Below, in pieces: positions 62,671 to 64,000 of a stretch of DNA of 64,000 nucleotides. How positions within the stretch are numbered: the first letter of the stretch is position 1; each line of letters opens with the position of its first letter. Under the pieces are notes generated by a model that worked only from the letters and a program-made list of their open reading frames with translations, searched no databases and was not told the DNA's origin. Both the position numbers and the translations under genes were made by a program. The DNA is from Mobula hypostoma (taxonomy: Eukaryota): assembly GCF_963921235.1 (NCBI RefSeq), contig NC_086097.1:210182001-210246000 (forward strand), in the 5' to 3' direction.

Positions 62671-64000
62671 TAAAAAATTAAAATGTATGGATTTGCATTC
62701 CATAAATTATTTTACAATGGTCAAACTTCAAGCAAAATCAGGCAATTTTGCCAAGTCTACTTTGAAATGAGTTAACATCTTAATGTGGGAGCTTGAATTA
62801 TTAATGCTCAATTTATTTCATGGGCCTGTGATTGTAAAAGACTAACTAGATCACTTAGATAAAAAGAAAACTAGAGCATTTTGCCCAACACAAATTTAAT
62901 ATATTTCAGTGTCTTGTTTTGAAAAACTGGACACTTGCATTTTGAAAGCAACTTTTTCTTTTTTTCAGGGCCCTAAAATGTTTTTAGAGCTAATGAAACA
63001 CATTTGAATTGTAGTCAGGATGTAATTTAAAATCAGGAACTAATTTGAGAGTGAAAGGGACTAAAATTATGAACAATTCTTACAAGCTCTATCAATAACA
63101 CTCAAATTCTCAAGTCCATGTGCAAGGTTATTTCTAAGACTATAAAGATGTGAACTCATTGGAAACAGGATTTTTAAAAAAATACTGTAATATTAAGGAA
63201 AAGCGAAGACATGATTAGGTGCAATTATATTTGCCTACTTGGAAGCAAATTGTATAAGTGCAAACATATGTTATTTTTAGAACATGGGCACAACTCACAA
63301 TGCTAAATTTCACCAGCTGTGCTGAGTCTGTGCCCCAGATCTGCTTGTCCTTGCAGTTTCAGGACTTTGGTGGTATCTTGAAGTTTCATGATTTTCTGAG
63401 CGATTGGCAATGAAATCATATGTCCACACCAGTCTGTGATAGTGTTTCAAATGGCATTATAGTTCTAGTACTTCAGGAAAATTCGCTTGGAGGGGTTGTT
63501 AATCTAGATAATTTACCTGGTGTAATCCATTTATGCATATTGCAACTATTCACAGTAAAGGTAGAAATTGAATTAATTGAGCATACTAATTCAGCAGACT
63601 ATTTCCTCTTACCAGTGAAATTTCAGACTTTAGTACATCTGCACCAATCCAGAACAATGATTATCCTATCATTAGCTTACTATACAACCATAGTCTACAG
63701 CATAGAGATAGCATTGACCTGGAGTGATCATGCCACATATTTCACACCTGATTTGTCCGTCTTATTTCTGCACATACCTATACTTTGAGATAATACCTTC
63801 CAGAGTTCTACATGGTAGCATAACTTGCCTGTCTGTGGTTAAGGTGTAGCAATGGGCCCATGACAGCACTAAAGCGGTGAAGCAAATGTCAATAGGGGGC
63901 AGTTGTGTGTTTCTCTGTTCAAAATGATGATTGGCTGCATCTTACTGAAGATGATCTCACTAAGCCAGACAGTCTCTATTCCTGCCACAAACCCTTGACA

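Noticed and set aside
63290..63920. Possible exons of a neighbouring gene, including the 122-aa plus-strand ORF
   Set aside because: One AG/GT-bounded open segment on the minus strand (about 63800-63915), but no recognisable protein and no consistent exon chain.

Overview
Repeat-rich vertebrate genomic DNA, most likely from a cartilaginous fish (inferred from HE1-type SINEs plus CR1, Rex1/Babar, Penelope-like and Tx1-like retroelements). One host gene is present: a complete minus-strand kinesin-6 (KIF20A-like) gene. I assembled it by hand from 18 coding exons (59800 to 20731). All introns are GT-AG and phase-consistent, giving about 877 aa, with a CpG/CCAAT/TTTAAA promoter-like region near 59.9 kb. 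Its switch-II motif reads DLAGLER instead of DLAGSER, and it may be a KIF20A paralogue rather than the true orthologue. Most of the rest is nested retroelements. The most distinctive non-genic signal is a Neptune-type Penelope-like element (RT + Zn-finger + GIY-YIG) whose 3' region carries a minimal hammerhead ribozyme. Two hammerhead cores are intact, and about eight short related non-coding insertions carry decayed cores, several with 13-15 bp target-site duplications and two as fold-back palindromes. Exon, TSD and motif coordinates were read directly from the sequence; boundaries of old repeats are approximate, and family names come from motif recognition, not database searches.
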